Below are positions 39,926 to 50,600 of a DNA stretch of 64,000 nt, piece by piece; positions within the stretch are counted from its first letter, which is position 1; each line of letters starts with the position of its first letter. This stretch comes from Hyphomicrobiaceae bacterium. GTDB taxonomy: Bacteria > Pseudomonadota > Alphaproteobacteria > Rhizobiales > Hyphomicrobiaceae. The stretch spans positions 1,145 to 65,144 of the forward strand of contig JBGTIU010000202.1 of assembly GCA_041745515.1 (NCBI GenBank). The letters are read 5' to 3'. The notes beneath the pieces are model-generated. The model did no database searches. It worked only from the letters and a program-made list of their open reading frames with translations, and was not told the origin of the DNA. A program made the translations under genes and the position numbers.

Positions 39926-42900
39926 CTAGCGCCGGTGAGAACCTGCCAATTTGGCCAGACTGGCGGCTATTGCCGGTGGCAGCCCTTCAAGATTGGGGAG
40001 CTGAGGCGCTGGCGGCCGTGTGCGCAAGCTTGGAGGCGCGGGCGTCAAAGCAGGCGGACCCGGTTCGCCCAACGGCAGCGGCGGCAACGCAAAAGTGGGT
40101 ATCGGCCCCCGTGACGCCGGCGATCCTGTCGCCTGGGTCGTCCGCATTGGAACTTGCGCTCCCGATGGGAAAAGCGTTGGCGATACGGATTGCGAAGCGC
40201 GCAACGGTGTCTGCGGCATGGATGGCAGTGCCGGCGGCGCGGCTCCCTGCGGATTGCGTGGGCGTAAACGCATGGCGCCGGTCGGCAGCTCGCCAGCAGT
40301 TCTGGGTCGATTGGCACTTGCTGCTGATTGAGTACCGTTGGAATTGCCAGGCGATCCTGGTGCGACGGACCTTTGCTTCGCTGGCTTGCGTTTCGGGGTG
40401 GCTGCACCGGCCTCATTTGCGTTGATCATCGCGGCTTCAGGCACCGGCTGGTCCATCCGCGGTTTGAGGCGGAAGAAGCCGCGGCGCTGCAATTTGCGTT
40501 CCGACTTGCGAATAACCTTGAGCATTGACATCACATCTCGCTCGGACATCGCTTCGCCGTAGTAAAATCCTTGAGCGTATTCACAACCGATCGACCGTAG
40601 GAAGCCGACATCGGAGGACGCTTCGACCCCTTCCGCCACGACTTTACGCCCAAGTTCGTGGCTCATTGCGACGATCGAACGAACGATGACCGAGCCGGGG
40701 CCGCCATCGCTGCTCGATTGCACCAGCGACCTGTCGAGCTTGATAGTATCGAACGGAAAACGGTGCAGGTAGGAAAGTGAAGAGTAGCCGGTGCCGAAGT
40801 CGTCGAGCGCCAATACGGCACCGGCTGATCGCAGCCATTCGAGGATCTCGACAGCCTGTTCGGGATTTTCCATTACCAGGCTTTCAGTGACTTCCAGCCG
40901 AAGCGAACCGTGCGGTACGATCTGGCGACCGAGAATGTGCCTGATCTCCTGGACCAGATCCTGTCGGAACAGCTGCTTGCTCGATACGTTAACGCTGACG
41001 AACAGCGGATTATCCGGGCGCGGAAGTTCCCTCTGCCAGCGGGCCGCGTCACTAGCCGCCTTTGTCAGGACATAAGACCCGAGCTTGACGATCAGGTCGC
41101 TTTCCTCTGCTACCGGAATGAATTCGGCCGGGTTGAGCATGCCGAGCTTCGGGTGTTGCCAGCGTACCAACGCTTCGAAACCTGCTAATTCCTCTGTTGG
41201 GAGATAGATGATCGGCTGATACAAAACCTTGAGCTGCTTCTTTTCGAGTGCGGCGCGCAGGTCGCTTTCGATCATGACGCGATCGTCGCGCTCGCCGTGC
41301 ATCTCGGGCGTAAATATCTCGATCCGGTCAGAGCCGCCGCGTTTGGCCCGATACATTGCCATCTCGGCATCTTTGAGCAACCCTGGCGATGTCGTGTCCG
41401 GTCCCGCATATATGGCGATGCCGATCGAAGCCGTGAGCACGATATCCTTGCCGGCGATTTTTATGGGTGAACGCAGGCTCCGTCGCACTCGCTCGGCCAG
41501 CATGGCCAATTCGCGAGGATCCTGCTCCGTCATCAGCAGCAACGCAAACTGGTCTCCACCGACGCGTGCCAAAGTGTCCAGTGCCGTCAAGTGCCGTGAC
41601 AGCCGCCGCGCCACTGTCAGGAGCAAACTGTCGCCGACGATCAGGCCGAACGAGGAATTGACGCTCTTGAACTTATCGATGTCGATGAAAAGAAGCGTCG
41701 GCCGTACCTGTGCATCGTCCTTGGCCCGCACAATCCCGACGTTGAGCCGATCAAGGAAGAGCTCGCGGTTGGGCATCCCTGTCAGACTGTCGTGGACTGC
41801 GTCGTGCATCAGCCGTTCCTGCGACCGCTTATGGTCGGTGATATCGCGCATCAAACCCATGCAACGCAACGCGCGCCGATCGGAGGTCGGCACGCTGGCG
41901 CCTTCGAGCTCGAACCATCTGTAGGAACTATCGGCATGCCGCATGCGGAATTCGATGCGCAAAGGCCCACCTGCCTTTTCTCGCACGGACCACAAGAGCA
42001 GCCGAAACCGTTCGCGATCGGCCGCATGCAGATGTTTAACGAAATCCTCGACTTTCGCCGATAGCTCGCCGGCATTGACGCCTAGTGCCATCTCCACGAA
42101 TGGCGACACCTTGACCTCGTCGCGGCGCGCGCTCCACTCCCAAGTGGCCGCGCCCGCGCTCTCGATCGCCTCGGAGCGCGCCTGTAGCTCGTTGGCGGAC
42201 GCTCCGTAGAGCGGTTCTGAGGTGCGGAACGCAAATTGCGTGACCGTGAAACCGACGAGCACGACGAGCAGCACCAGCCCGGCCATCAGGCTCGAAACCA
42301 CGATATCGCCAGAGAGTTTGCCGGTCAGCGTGACTCCAGCCCCAAAAACCCAGACGAGGAACAGCATCCAGGTCGGCACCAAGGCCAACGCTCGATCCTG
42401 GCCGCGCAACGCCAGGAAGGCCGTCAACAGACCGCCGGCGACGCCGAGAACGACGAACGACAATCGCGCGAATGTCGCTGCTAATCGCGGGTCGATGATT
42501 GCAATGGCGACCAGCGCCAGTTGGGCGATCATCCACACACCCATCAGCATTCTGATGAAGCCCAGCCATGAGCCGATCCGCAGGAAGGTGTGGAGGAAGA
42601 CGACGAAGGACGCGGCTACCGCTGACTCGGTCGCGGCACGGTAGACGGCGTTGTCCTCGGGTCTCAGCTGGAACAGTTTGTGAAAGAAGCCGAAATCAAC
42701 GCACAGATAACCTAATACGCACCACGTCAATAGAGCGGCACTCGGGAAGATCGCCTTGTGATTGGCGGCAAAAACCGCCGTCAGGAAGACCGCGAGCAGG
42801 ACCGTGATGCCGAGCAAAATACCGTTCCAAAGCTGGCGCTCTCGCGCCTTCACTTCGTATTCGATCGGCTTCCACAGGTAGATCCGCGCGAATCGGTCGG

Positions 42901-43414
42901 AGGAAAGTTCCGCCGCATATGTGATTGTTTGACCGGGATCGAGCGTAATGCGGAAGATATCGGCCCGGTCGCTCTTGATGCGATCCGGCAGGAAGCCCAG
43001 CGACGGGGTCACCAGTTCGATCCGGCGTGCGTCGAGATCCGGCCAGACAATGCCCGAACCGATCACGTTGTAACGTTCGGCTGTCAACCAGCGCTCGATC
43101 GGCTTGTCGGTTTGGTTCTGCAGAGCGAACACGACCCAACTCGGCGAGGTGCCTATCGTCGCCGCCCGAACTGACATGCGCCCTGCTGCTCCGTCGACTC
43201 CGGCCGTGTCGACCTGGAGGTTGTCACCTCGCGACTCATGCAGTTCACCCAAAGCCGTGATCTCGATGCGGTCCTGATCGGGCGCTACAGGTATGGCCTT
43301 CAAAGCCGCGGCAGGCGCGGCGAACGTCAGGGTCGAGAAGACGAGTACAGACGCGGCCCAGCTTGGCCAGCGCAGAATTGCCAGTTGGAGTCTCGACTCA
43401 GCCGCACCGCTCAT
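39926..43414 (-). CDS. Membrane sensor protein: periplasmic domain, 7TM (7TMR-DISM-like), PAS, degenerate GGDEF (GGDQF), EAL, and a roughly 190-aa Pro-rich tail
   Basis: Signal/TM N-terminus, about 7 hydrophobic helices, a PAS-like segment, GGDQF at 41546-41560, and EAL motifs (FEALVRW, DDFGTGYSSL, KLDRSLV, EGVE). Confidence 0.9.
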   Translation of the reverse strand: MSGAAESRLQLAILRWPSWAASVLVFSTLTFAAPAAALKAIPVAPDQDRIEITALGELHESRGDNLQVDTAGVDGAAGRMSVRAATIGTSPSWVVFALQNQTDKPIERWLTAERYNVIGSGIVWPDLDARRIELVTPSLGFLPDRIKSDRADIFRITLDPGQTITYAAELSSDRFARIYLWKPIEYEVKARERQLWNGILLGITVLLAVFLTAVFAANHKAIFPSAALLTWCVLGYLCVDFGFFHKLFQLRPEDNAVYRAATESAVAASFVVFLHTFLRIGSWLGFIRMLMGVWMIAQLALVAIAIIDPRLAATFARLSFVVLGVAGGLLTAFLALRGQDRALALVPTWMLFLVWVFGAGVTLTGKLSGDIVVSSLMAGLVLLVVLVGFTVTQFAFRTSEPLYGASANELQARSEAIESAGAATWEWSARRDEVKVSPFVEMALGVNAGELSAKVEDFVKHLHAADRERFRLLLWSVREKAGGPLRIEFRMRHADSSYRWFELEGASVPTSDRRALRCMGLMRDITDHKRSQERLMHDAVHDSLTGMPNRELFLDRLNVGIVRAKDDAQVRPTLLFIDIDKFKSVNSSFGLIVGDSLLLTVARRLSRHLTALDTLARVGGDQFALLLMTEQDPRELAMLAERVRRSLRSPIKIAGKDIVLTASIGIAIYAGPDTTSPGLLKDAEMAMYRAKRGGSDRIEIFTPEMHGERDDRVMIESDLRAALEKKQLKVLYQPIIYLPTEELAGFEALVRWQHPKLGMLNPAEFIPVAEESDLIVKLGSYVLTKAASDAARWQRELPRPDNPLFVSVNVSSKQLFRQDLVQEIRHILGRQIVPHGSLRLEVTESLVMENPEQAVEILEWLRSAGAVLALDDFGTGYSSLSYLHRFPFDTIKLDRSLVQSSSDGGPGSVIVRSIVAMSHELGRKVVAEGVEASSDVGFLRSIGCEYAQGFYYGEAMSERDVMSMLKVIRKSERKLQRRGFFRLKPRMDQPVPEAAMINANEAGAATPKRKPAKQRSVAPGSPGNSNGTQSAASANRPRTAGELPTGAMRLRPRNPQGAAPPALPSMPQTPLRASQSVSPTLFPSGAQVPMRTTQATGSPASRGPIPTFALPPLPLGEPGPPALTPAPPSLRTRPPAPQLPNLEGLPPAIAASLAKLAGSHRR

Positions 43415-44016
43415 GCAATCGCCTTTGTAGTCGGACGGGAATCATCCGAAAGCAGTGAAAACACCAGGTGGTCGCGCCATTGTCCCTCGATCTTCAGATA
43501 GCTCCGCGCCAAACCTTCCTGACAGAAACCATTGCGCTCGAGTACGCGAATCGATGACTGATTGTGGGGCAAACAGGCTGCCTCCAGCCGATGCAGTTTG
43601 AGTTCGTCGAAGACGAACGGCACGGTCGCCCGGACGGCTTTGGTCATCAGCCCGCGATTGGCGTATGGAGCACCCAGCCAGTAGCCGAGCGAAGCAGCCT
43701 GCGTCACCCCTCTGCGCACGTTGCTCAGCGTCAATCCCCCAATCAGCGTTTCGTCGGCGCCGGCGAGGATAAAAAACGCATAGCCCGTATCGTCTTTTAG
43801 ATCGCGCTGATAGTGTCGGAGTCGGCGTCTGAAGGCGGTTCGCGAAAGTTCGTCGCTCGACCATTGCGGTTCCCATGGCACGAGATGCGCACGGCTTCGA
43901 TTGCGCAATTCCGCCCAAACGCCGTAGTCACCCATTGCCGGCGGGCGCAGCAGCAAATCCTGTGCCCGCACCAGTGGGTAGTAGTCTCCAATCAGTCCGC
44001 TGCGCAGAAATGCCAT
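43411..44016 (-). CDS. GNAT family N-acetyltransferase (RimJ/RimL-like)
   Basis: RimJ-like pattern (LLLRPPAMGDY...GYWLGAPYANRGLMTKAV...LHRLEAACLPHNQSSIRVLERNGF). The stop overlaps the downstream start (ATGA). Confidence 0.8.
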   Translation of the reverse strand: MAFLRSGLIGDYYPLVRAQDLLLRPPAMGDYGVWAELRNRSRAHLVPWEPQWSSDELSRTAFRRRLRHYQRDLKDDTGYAFFILAGADETLIGGLTLSNVRRGVTQAASLGYWLGAPYANRGLMTKAVRATVPFVFDELKLHRLEAACLPHNQSSIRVLERNGFCQEGLARSYLKIEGQWRDHLVFSLLSDDSRPTTKAIA

Positions 44017-44040
44017 TACTGCCTCGCTTCATCGTCCAGA

Positions 44041-45375
44041 TCATGATTTTGCGGGAGTTGGGACCGGTCGAGATAAATGTACTGAAGCGGATTCGCCAAA
44101 AACGCCCATGCGGCTCGCTGCGTCGGCGAATCCGCGCGAGCGCTTTCCGGCGCCGACCACGGCCACGGACGCGACGGACTTAGTTACCATCGTTTCGGCA
44201 AGCATGCGGATCGCCTCCGGTGTCACCGCGTCGACAAAGCCGATGAGTTCGTCGGCGCCGATCAGGCGACCCGCGACAAGCAGTTGGCGCGCCATCTGCT
44301 CGGCACGGGCGGAAGAGCTCTCCAGCCCCATCAATAGACCAGCTTTTAGTTGCGATTTCGATCTGGCAATCTCCCGTTCTGTTGCCACTTCGCTCGCCGC
44401 ACGACGCAACTCTCGACCGACAATTTCGATCAGTTCTGCCATCATCCCCGGCCCTGTTGCAGCATGGACGGCAAACAGGCCGGTGTCGCCAAGCCCCCAG
44501 GCGGAGGAATAGATCGAGTAGCAAAGGCCACGATTTTCCCGCGCCTCCTGAAACAATCGCGACGACATACCCCCTCCCAGCAAGCCCGACAGAACTTGCG
44601 CCGCATAAAAACCCGGATCACGGTACGACGGGCTGGGATAGCCCGCCAGCAGATGACTTTGCTCAAAAGACTTGGTCGCGTGCCGCGCACCTCCTTGATA
44701 ACTGGCTGGAATCCCCTTTTCGACCTGCTGCGCATTGAGCGAACCAAATAGGGCTGTAACGTGACGTACAAACTGCTCGTGGTCGATGGCGCCTGCCGAG
44801 GCAATAACCATGTTGGCGCTTTGATAGTGACGCTTCAGAAAGGAGCGCAGATCTGCAGCAGTAATCGCCGAGACGCTGGCCGGCGTTCCAATAATCGGGC
44901 GGCCAACCGGCTGATCGGGGTAAGCGACTTCCTGCACGAGATCATAAGCAAGCTCTTCCGGACTGTCTTTGATCCCAGCGATCTCCTGCAGAATTACTTC
45001 TTTTTCGCGGGCCAGATCTTCTTCCGCAAACCGGCTCTCCTGCAGAATATCGGCCAGAATATCGAGCGCAACACCCTCGTCGCCCTTCAGAACGCGAGCG
45101 TAATAGGCCGTGGTCTCCAAACTGGTCGCGGCATTGAGATCACCGCCGACCTGCTCGATCTCCTCGGCAATCGCCCGTGCACTGCGTCTCGTCGTGCCTT
45201 TGAACGCCATATGCTCGAGCAGGTGCGAAATGCCCTGCTCGTTCAAATTTTCGTGCCGCGCACCGGTCGCCACCCAGATCCCGAGAGAAATTGTTTCCAG
45301 ATGCGGCATACGGTGTGTGACAATCCGCAATCCGTTGCCAAGCGTCGTAAGTTCGGTCCCCTTCGTTGCGGTCAT
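44041..45375 (-). CDS. M16 family (pitrilysin / MPP-like) zinc peptidase
   Basis: HxxEH motif (GISHLLEHMAFKGT). The start is trimmed to the ATG at 45375, which overlaps the thrC stop (ATGA). Confidence 0.9.
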   Translation of the reverse strand: MTATKGTELTTLGNGLRIVTHRMPHLETISLGIWVATGARHENLNEQGISHLLEHMAFKGTTRRSARAIAEEIEQVGGDLNAATSLETTAYYARVLKGDEGVALDILADILQESRFAEEDLAREKEVILQEIAGIKDSPEELAYDLVQEVAYPDQPVGRPIIGTPASVSAITAADLRSFLKRHYQSANMVIASAGAIDHEQFVRHVTALFGSLNAQQVEKGIPASYQGGARHATKSFEQSHLLAGYPSPSYRDPGFYAAQVLSGLLGGGMSSRLFQEARENRGLCYSIYSSAWGLGDTGLFAVHAATGPGMMAELIEIVGRELRRAASEVATEREIARSKSQLKAGLLMGLESSSARAEQMARQLLVAGRLIGADELIGFVDAVTPEAIRMLAETMVTKSVASVAVVGAGKRSRGFADAASRMGVFGESASVHLSRPVPTPAKS

Positions 45376-46784
45376 CAGGGGGCGCGCCTTGCCGCGCGGG
45401 CTCGCGCGCCAACATGCGATTCGATCACTTTCAGATCGGCTGGCAAAACGTCGTAGCGTTCGGCATCGGTCATTAGTGCACCGAGCCGTCGCGGCAAAGC
45501 GGGGCGAGTGCCGGCAATTGCCTGAATTGCGTCGGGAAACTTTGCCGGATGTGCGGTCGCAAGCACAATATGCGGCGCGCCGTCCGCAATGTTGGCCTTT
45601 CGCGAAGCAACAATACCGCAAGCGGTGTGCGGATCGGCGAGATACCCGCTGTCGGCAAGGTTTCGACGGATGCCATCCGCGACCTCGCCCTCGCTCGCCG
45701 CTGACGCCGCGAAGTCCTGCCGCACGTGCAACGCCTGGGCGGCGTTGAGTTCAAAGCGCCCCGTCTGCGCAAGCCTCGCCATTTGCGCCCCGATCAGGCC
45801 CCCATCCCGGCCCGATGCCTCGAAAAGATAGCGCTCGAAGTTGGACGACACCTGGATGTCCATGGACGGCGATGAGGTCGCGTGCACGCCAAGGGTTTCG
45901 TAGGAGCCTGTGGCAACGGTGCGCGGTAGAATATCGTTGCTATTTGACGCAATGACCAGCGTCTCGATCGGCAAACCCATGCGCTTGGCAACGTAGCCTG
46001 CGAGAATGTCGCCAAAGTTGCCCGTCGGTACGACAAACGAGACGCGCCGATGGGGGCACCCGAGTGCTACCGCCGCGACAAAATAATAGGTGAGCTGGGC
46101 GACAATGCGAGCCCAGTTGATCGAATTGACGCCGGACAGATGCACGCTATCTCGGAAGGCATGATGGTTGAACATGCCTTTCACAAGCGCTTGGCAGTCG
46201 TCGAACGTACCCTCGACGGCAATTGCGTGCACGTTTGCCTCGACCGGCGTCGTCATCATCCGGCGCTGGACATCCGAAACTCGGCCGTTGGGAAACAGGA
46301 TAACGATATCGACACGCGCCGAGCCACGAAAGGCTTCGATTGCGGCTCCTCCCGTGTCTCCCGATGTGGCGCCAACGATTGTTGCCCGCAATCCCCGCTT
46401 GGCCAACACGTGATCCATCAAGCGCGCCAGCAGCTGCATCGCCACGTCCTTGAAGGCGAGCGTCGGTCCGTGGAACAGTTCCAGTATCCAGGTGTTGCAA
46501 TCAATCTGGACGAGCGGCGTCACCGCCTTGTGGCCGAAGGTTGCATAAGCGTCACGCGCCATCGCCAGCAATTCGGGTCTCGCGATCGCATCGCCGGTGA
46601 AAGGGTGGATCACTTCGACGGCAACCTCGTGGAACGGCCGCCCCGCAAATCCGGCGATCACGCTGTGCGACAGAGTTGGCCAGGTCGCCGGCAGATAAAG
46701 CCCGCCGTCGCGCGCGAGGCCAGCCAACACCACATCCTCGAAGCCGAGTACAGGCGCCCGCCCACGGGTGGAGATGTATTGCAC
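45375..46784 (-). CDS. thrC: Threonine synthase
   Basis: QYISTRG N-terminus and a PLP-enzyme body. GTG start at 46784 is inferred from the conserved N-terminus. Confidence 0.93.
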   Translation of the reverse strand: MQYISTRGRAPVLGFEDVVLAGLARDGGLYLPATWPTLSHSVIAGFAGRPFHEVAVEVIHPFTGDAIARPELLAMARDAYATFGHKAVTPLVQIDCNTWILELFHGPTLAFKDVAMQLLARLMDHVLAKRGLRATIVGATSGDTGGAAIEAFRGSARVDIVILFPNGRVSDVQRRMMTTPVEANVHAIAVEGTFDDCQALVKGMFNHHAFRDSVHLSGVNSINWARIVAQLTYYFVAAVALGCPHRRVSFVVPTGNFGDILAGYVAKRMGLPIETLVIASNSNDILPRTVATGSYETLGVHATSSPSMDIQVSSNFERYLFEASGRDGGLIGAQMARLAQTGRFELNAAQALHVRQDFAASAASEGEVADGIRRNLADSGYLADPHTACGIVASRKANIADGAPHIVLATAHPAKFPDAIQAIAGTRPALPRRLGALMTDAERYDVLPADLKVIESHVGARARAARRAP

Positions 46785-46831
46785 AGTCGGCTGCTCGTTC
46801 CAGGAATCGCGACGACACAAGGGCTGGTACC

Positions 46832-47611
46832 CTACGGGTTCAGCCGGCTCCAGACAAACGCAGCATAGACGCCAATGAGCGTCAGGCCGAGCGCCCACCA
46901 CGTCAGCGCGTATTCTAGGTGGCGGTTTGGAATTGCGATGCGGCCAACGGTCGGTTGCGGCAGCCCGCCGGGCGGGATCGGTGACATTAATTCAATATAA
47001 AAATCAAAAGCTTGCGGTGAAATACCGCCCCCGGTTGCGAACAGCTCTTTTGGCGAGCGCAGGTACCACACGTTCTTGGCCGGGGCGTTGGCGCCAGTGA
47101 ACGTCGAGCGAAGCTCGGAGCGGCGGACCAGCCCTACTAACTCTACATCACCCGCAGACTGGCTTTGCTGTCTCGTATCGACGCTTTTCCGGGCTTCAGG
47201 AACAAAACCGCGATTGACGGCCAGCACAAGATTTCTACCTGGTACACTGAAAGGCGTCATGATCCAGTAGCCGGGCCCGCCGACACTGCCCGATCGCCTA
47301 TCGATGGCTGTAAAAACGTATCGCTCATTCGCATGGTCGAAGCTGCCCCTAACGCGCACAGGTGTGTAGTCACAGCCGTTGGCTGAGCCGACGCTATCAA
47401 CCGGTTTGCAGTTTCGGGCCAGCAGCTCGGGAAGGCTGATCGGCGCCGCCGACGACCGCGCCTTGATTGTCGCAAGCAGCTCCTCTTTCCATGACTTGCG
47501 GCTCCACTGCCACGCACCAAGCCCCAGCAGGATCGCGAGGGCAGCAAGCGTTGCGACAGTCGGCCAAATGAGATTGGCGCCTTGCGGTCCTCGACGTAGA
47601 CGGCCGGTCAT
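46832..47611 (-). CDS. SURF1 family (cytochrome oxidase biogenesis) protein
   Basis: LGLGAWQWSRKSWKEEL N-terminal TM motif and C-terminal NRHLEYALTWWAL plus a TM segment. Confidence 0.85.
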   Translation of the reverse strand: MTGRLRRGPQGANLIWPTVATLAALAILLGLGAWQWSRKSWKEELLATIKARSSAAPISLPELLARNCKPVDSVGSANGCDYTPVRVRGSFDHANERYVFTAIDRRSGSVGGPGYWIMTPFSVPGRNLVLAVNRGFVPEARKSVDTRQQSQSAGDVELVGLVRRSELRSTFTGANAPAKNVWYLRSPKELFATGGGISPQAFDFYIELMSPIPPGGLPQPTVGRIAIPNRHLEYALTWWALGLTLIGVYAAFVWSRLNP

Positions 47612-50600
47612 TCGGCTGGTGCCGGCTTCGGAGGCGAAACGGCCGTATGCCCTGAAAAGCGTTGCCCGAGACGGCGGACGACGACGTAGAACACTGGCGT
47701 GAAGATCAAGCCGAACATGGTGACGCCGATCATGCCCCAGAAAACGGCTGTGCCCAGTGCGATCCTCAATTCCGCGCCGGCGCCCGACGCCAGATAGAGA
47801 GGCAACACTCCCAACGTGAAGGCCAGCGATGTCATCAGGATCGGCCGCAATCGCAACCGCGAAGCTTCGACTGCCGCGGTAACCACGTCGTTTCCTCGCT
47901 GCTCGAACTGGTGCGCAAACTCAACGATCAAAATGGCGTTCTTCGCCGCGAGGCCAATCAGCACTACAAAGCCGATCTGCGTCAGGATGTTGATATCGAG
48001 GCCGCGCAGCCAGACGCCGAATACTGCCGACAGCAGGCACATCGGCACGATCAGCATGATCGAAAGGGGCAGCGACCAACTTTCGTACTGCGCCGCCAGC
48101 GCCAGAAACACGAACAACACCGAAAGCGCAAAAATGTAGTACCCGGTGCGGCCCGCGCGCTTTTCCTGGAACGACAGATCCGTCCACTCATAGCCGACGC
48201 CCTCGGGCAGCAAGCGGGCAGCTGTCGCTGCCACGAGTTCGAGCGCCTGGCCCGAAGATATGCCCGGCGAACCTTGGCCATTGATCTCCACCGCCGGAAA
48301 CAGGTTGTACCGCGGCACGCGCTCGGGCCCAGCGATCTCCTTGAAAGTTACGAGAGAGCCCAGCGGCACCATTTGCCCGTCGCTATTGCGGACCCGGATG
48401 CGCGCGACGTTGTCGGGATCGAGCCGGAAATTGCCATCTGCCTGCGCAGTGACTCGGTAGGTGCGGCCGAACATGTTGAAATCGTTCACATAGGCTGACC
48501 CCATGTAGATCCGTAGTGCCTCGAAAATATTGGTGAGCGGCACGCGCAGCATTTGTGCCTTGACCCGATCGACATCAACGAAGATCTGCGGTGTCACGGT
48601 CTGAAACGTCGTGAATGCGTTCGACAGACCCGGCGTCTGGTTCAGTGCCTGGATAAACTCGTTGGCGGTGCGCGAGAAGGCGTCGGAACCAAGCCCGCCT
48701 CGGTCCTGCAGTCGCAGCGAGAAACCTGATGCAGCCCCGATGCCGCGTACCGGTGGCGGCACGAAAACCAGGACCTGCGCTTCCTGAATCTCTGCGAGGC
48801 GCTGGCGCAGCTCGGTCGCAAGCTTCTGGACCGTCTGCCCAGTGACGGCGCGTTTGTCGAAATCATCGAGCACGCAGAATAGGGCCGCCGAGTTCGGCGC
48901 GTTGGTGAACGTCGCTCCTGACAGGCCGGAATAGCCCGAGGTGTAGGCAAATCCTGGCGTCGACAGAATGATCTCATTTGCCCGTCGCAGCACTTGATCC
49001 GTGCGGTCGAGCGACGCACCCGCGGGGAGCTGCGCCGACACGATGATGATACCGCGGTCCAGCGCAGGTATGAACCCAGTCGGCGTCATATTCACGAGCC
49101 AGACCGCGAGCCCGATCAGCCCCGCATAGATCATCAGCATGATGCCGCTGATCCGGATCACGCCCTGTACGGTGCGCGCGTAGGCGCGCTCTAGCCAGGC
49201 AAATAGCCAGTTGAAGCCGGCAAAGAACCAGCGCAGGGGCGCGCTCCCAAACCTGATAAAACTGAATCGCCGCAGCTGCTGTACTTCATCGCTGTGCGGC
49301 TTGAACAACATGGCGGCAAGCGCCGGCGACAAGGTCAGCGACACGAATGCCGAAATCAAGGTCGCAGTCGCAACCGTTATCGCAAACTGCCGATAAAACT
49401 GCCCGGTGATGCCTGAGACAAATGCGGTCGGGATGAAGACCGCTGTCAACACAAGCGCGATCGCGATCAGCGCGGTGCCGACCTCGTCCATCGTCACCCG
49501 CGCGGCTTCAAGTGGAGCTAGCCCCTCGCGCAATTTGCGTTCGACGTTCTCGACGACAACGATGGCGTCATCAACGACAATGCCGACGGATAAGACCAAT
49601 CCGAACAGCGTCAGCGTGTTGAGCGAGTATCCCAGCCCCAGCATGATGGTGCAGGTGCCGATCAGCGACACCGGGATTGCAACGACAGGAATGATCGTCG
49701 CACGCCAAGTCTGCAGGAACAGCAACACAACCAGGACGACCAGCACAACGGCCTCGACAATGGTCTTGTTTAATTCCCGGATCGAAACTTCGATGAATTC
49801 AGTTGGGTTATAGCGAATCCGATACTCTAGTCCTTTGGGGAATCCCGCGCTGATCTCCTTCATCGTGGCCTTGATGGCATTGACCGTCTTCAATGCGTCG
49901 GATCCGGGCTGCTGCGTCATCACAATGACAGTTGCAGGGTCCCGGTCCTGATATCCGAAGGACATGTAGCTGAGTGCGCCAAGCTCGATCCGGCTGACGT
50001 CCTTGAGGCGCACGACGCGACCGTCGGCACCAGCCTTGACTATGATTTCCTCGAACTCGGCGGCGTCCTTGAGCCGGCCCTTGAGTTGCAACGATTGCTG
50101 GAATGCGCCGGTCGATTTCAGCGGCGGCTCGCCGATCGATCCTCCGGCAACCTGCACATTTTGCGCGCGCAATGCCGACAGAACCTCCTCCGCCGTCAGC
50201 CCGAGCCCGGCAATGCGCTCCGGATCGAGCCAGACACGCATTGAATATTCGCGCGCTCCGTACAGGTTAACGGCGCCAACACCCTCGGTACGGGCGAGCA
50301 CATCGCGCACGTTCAAAATCGCGTAATTGGAAATATAGACCTGGTCGTGGGATTTGTCGGGTGAGACCAGATGGACGACCACCAACAGATCGGGCGAGTT
50401 CTTGCGCACGGTGACGCCCGAGCGGCGCACCTCATCCGGTAGGCGCGGCTCCGCCGACGCGACACGATTCTGCAGCAGCACCTGTGCCTTGTCTGCGTCG
50501 GTGCCGATCTCGAACGTGACCGTCAGGCCCATCGACCCGTCGCTGGTCGATTGCGAGTACATATAAAGCATTCCGTCGACGCCGTTGACGGCCTGTTCGA

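Noticed and set aside
39922-40425. Plus-strand 167-aa ORF starting 6 nt after the yqgE stop and lying opposite the Pro-rich tail of the GGDQF-EAL gene.
   Set aside because: It has no convincing RBS and no recognisable family. Its high third-position GC is explained by the second codon positions of the Pro/Ala/Arg/Gly-rich frame on the other strand. I cannot fully exclude it; conservation of the tail versus this frame in relatives would decide.
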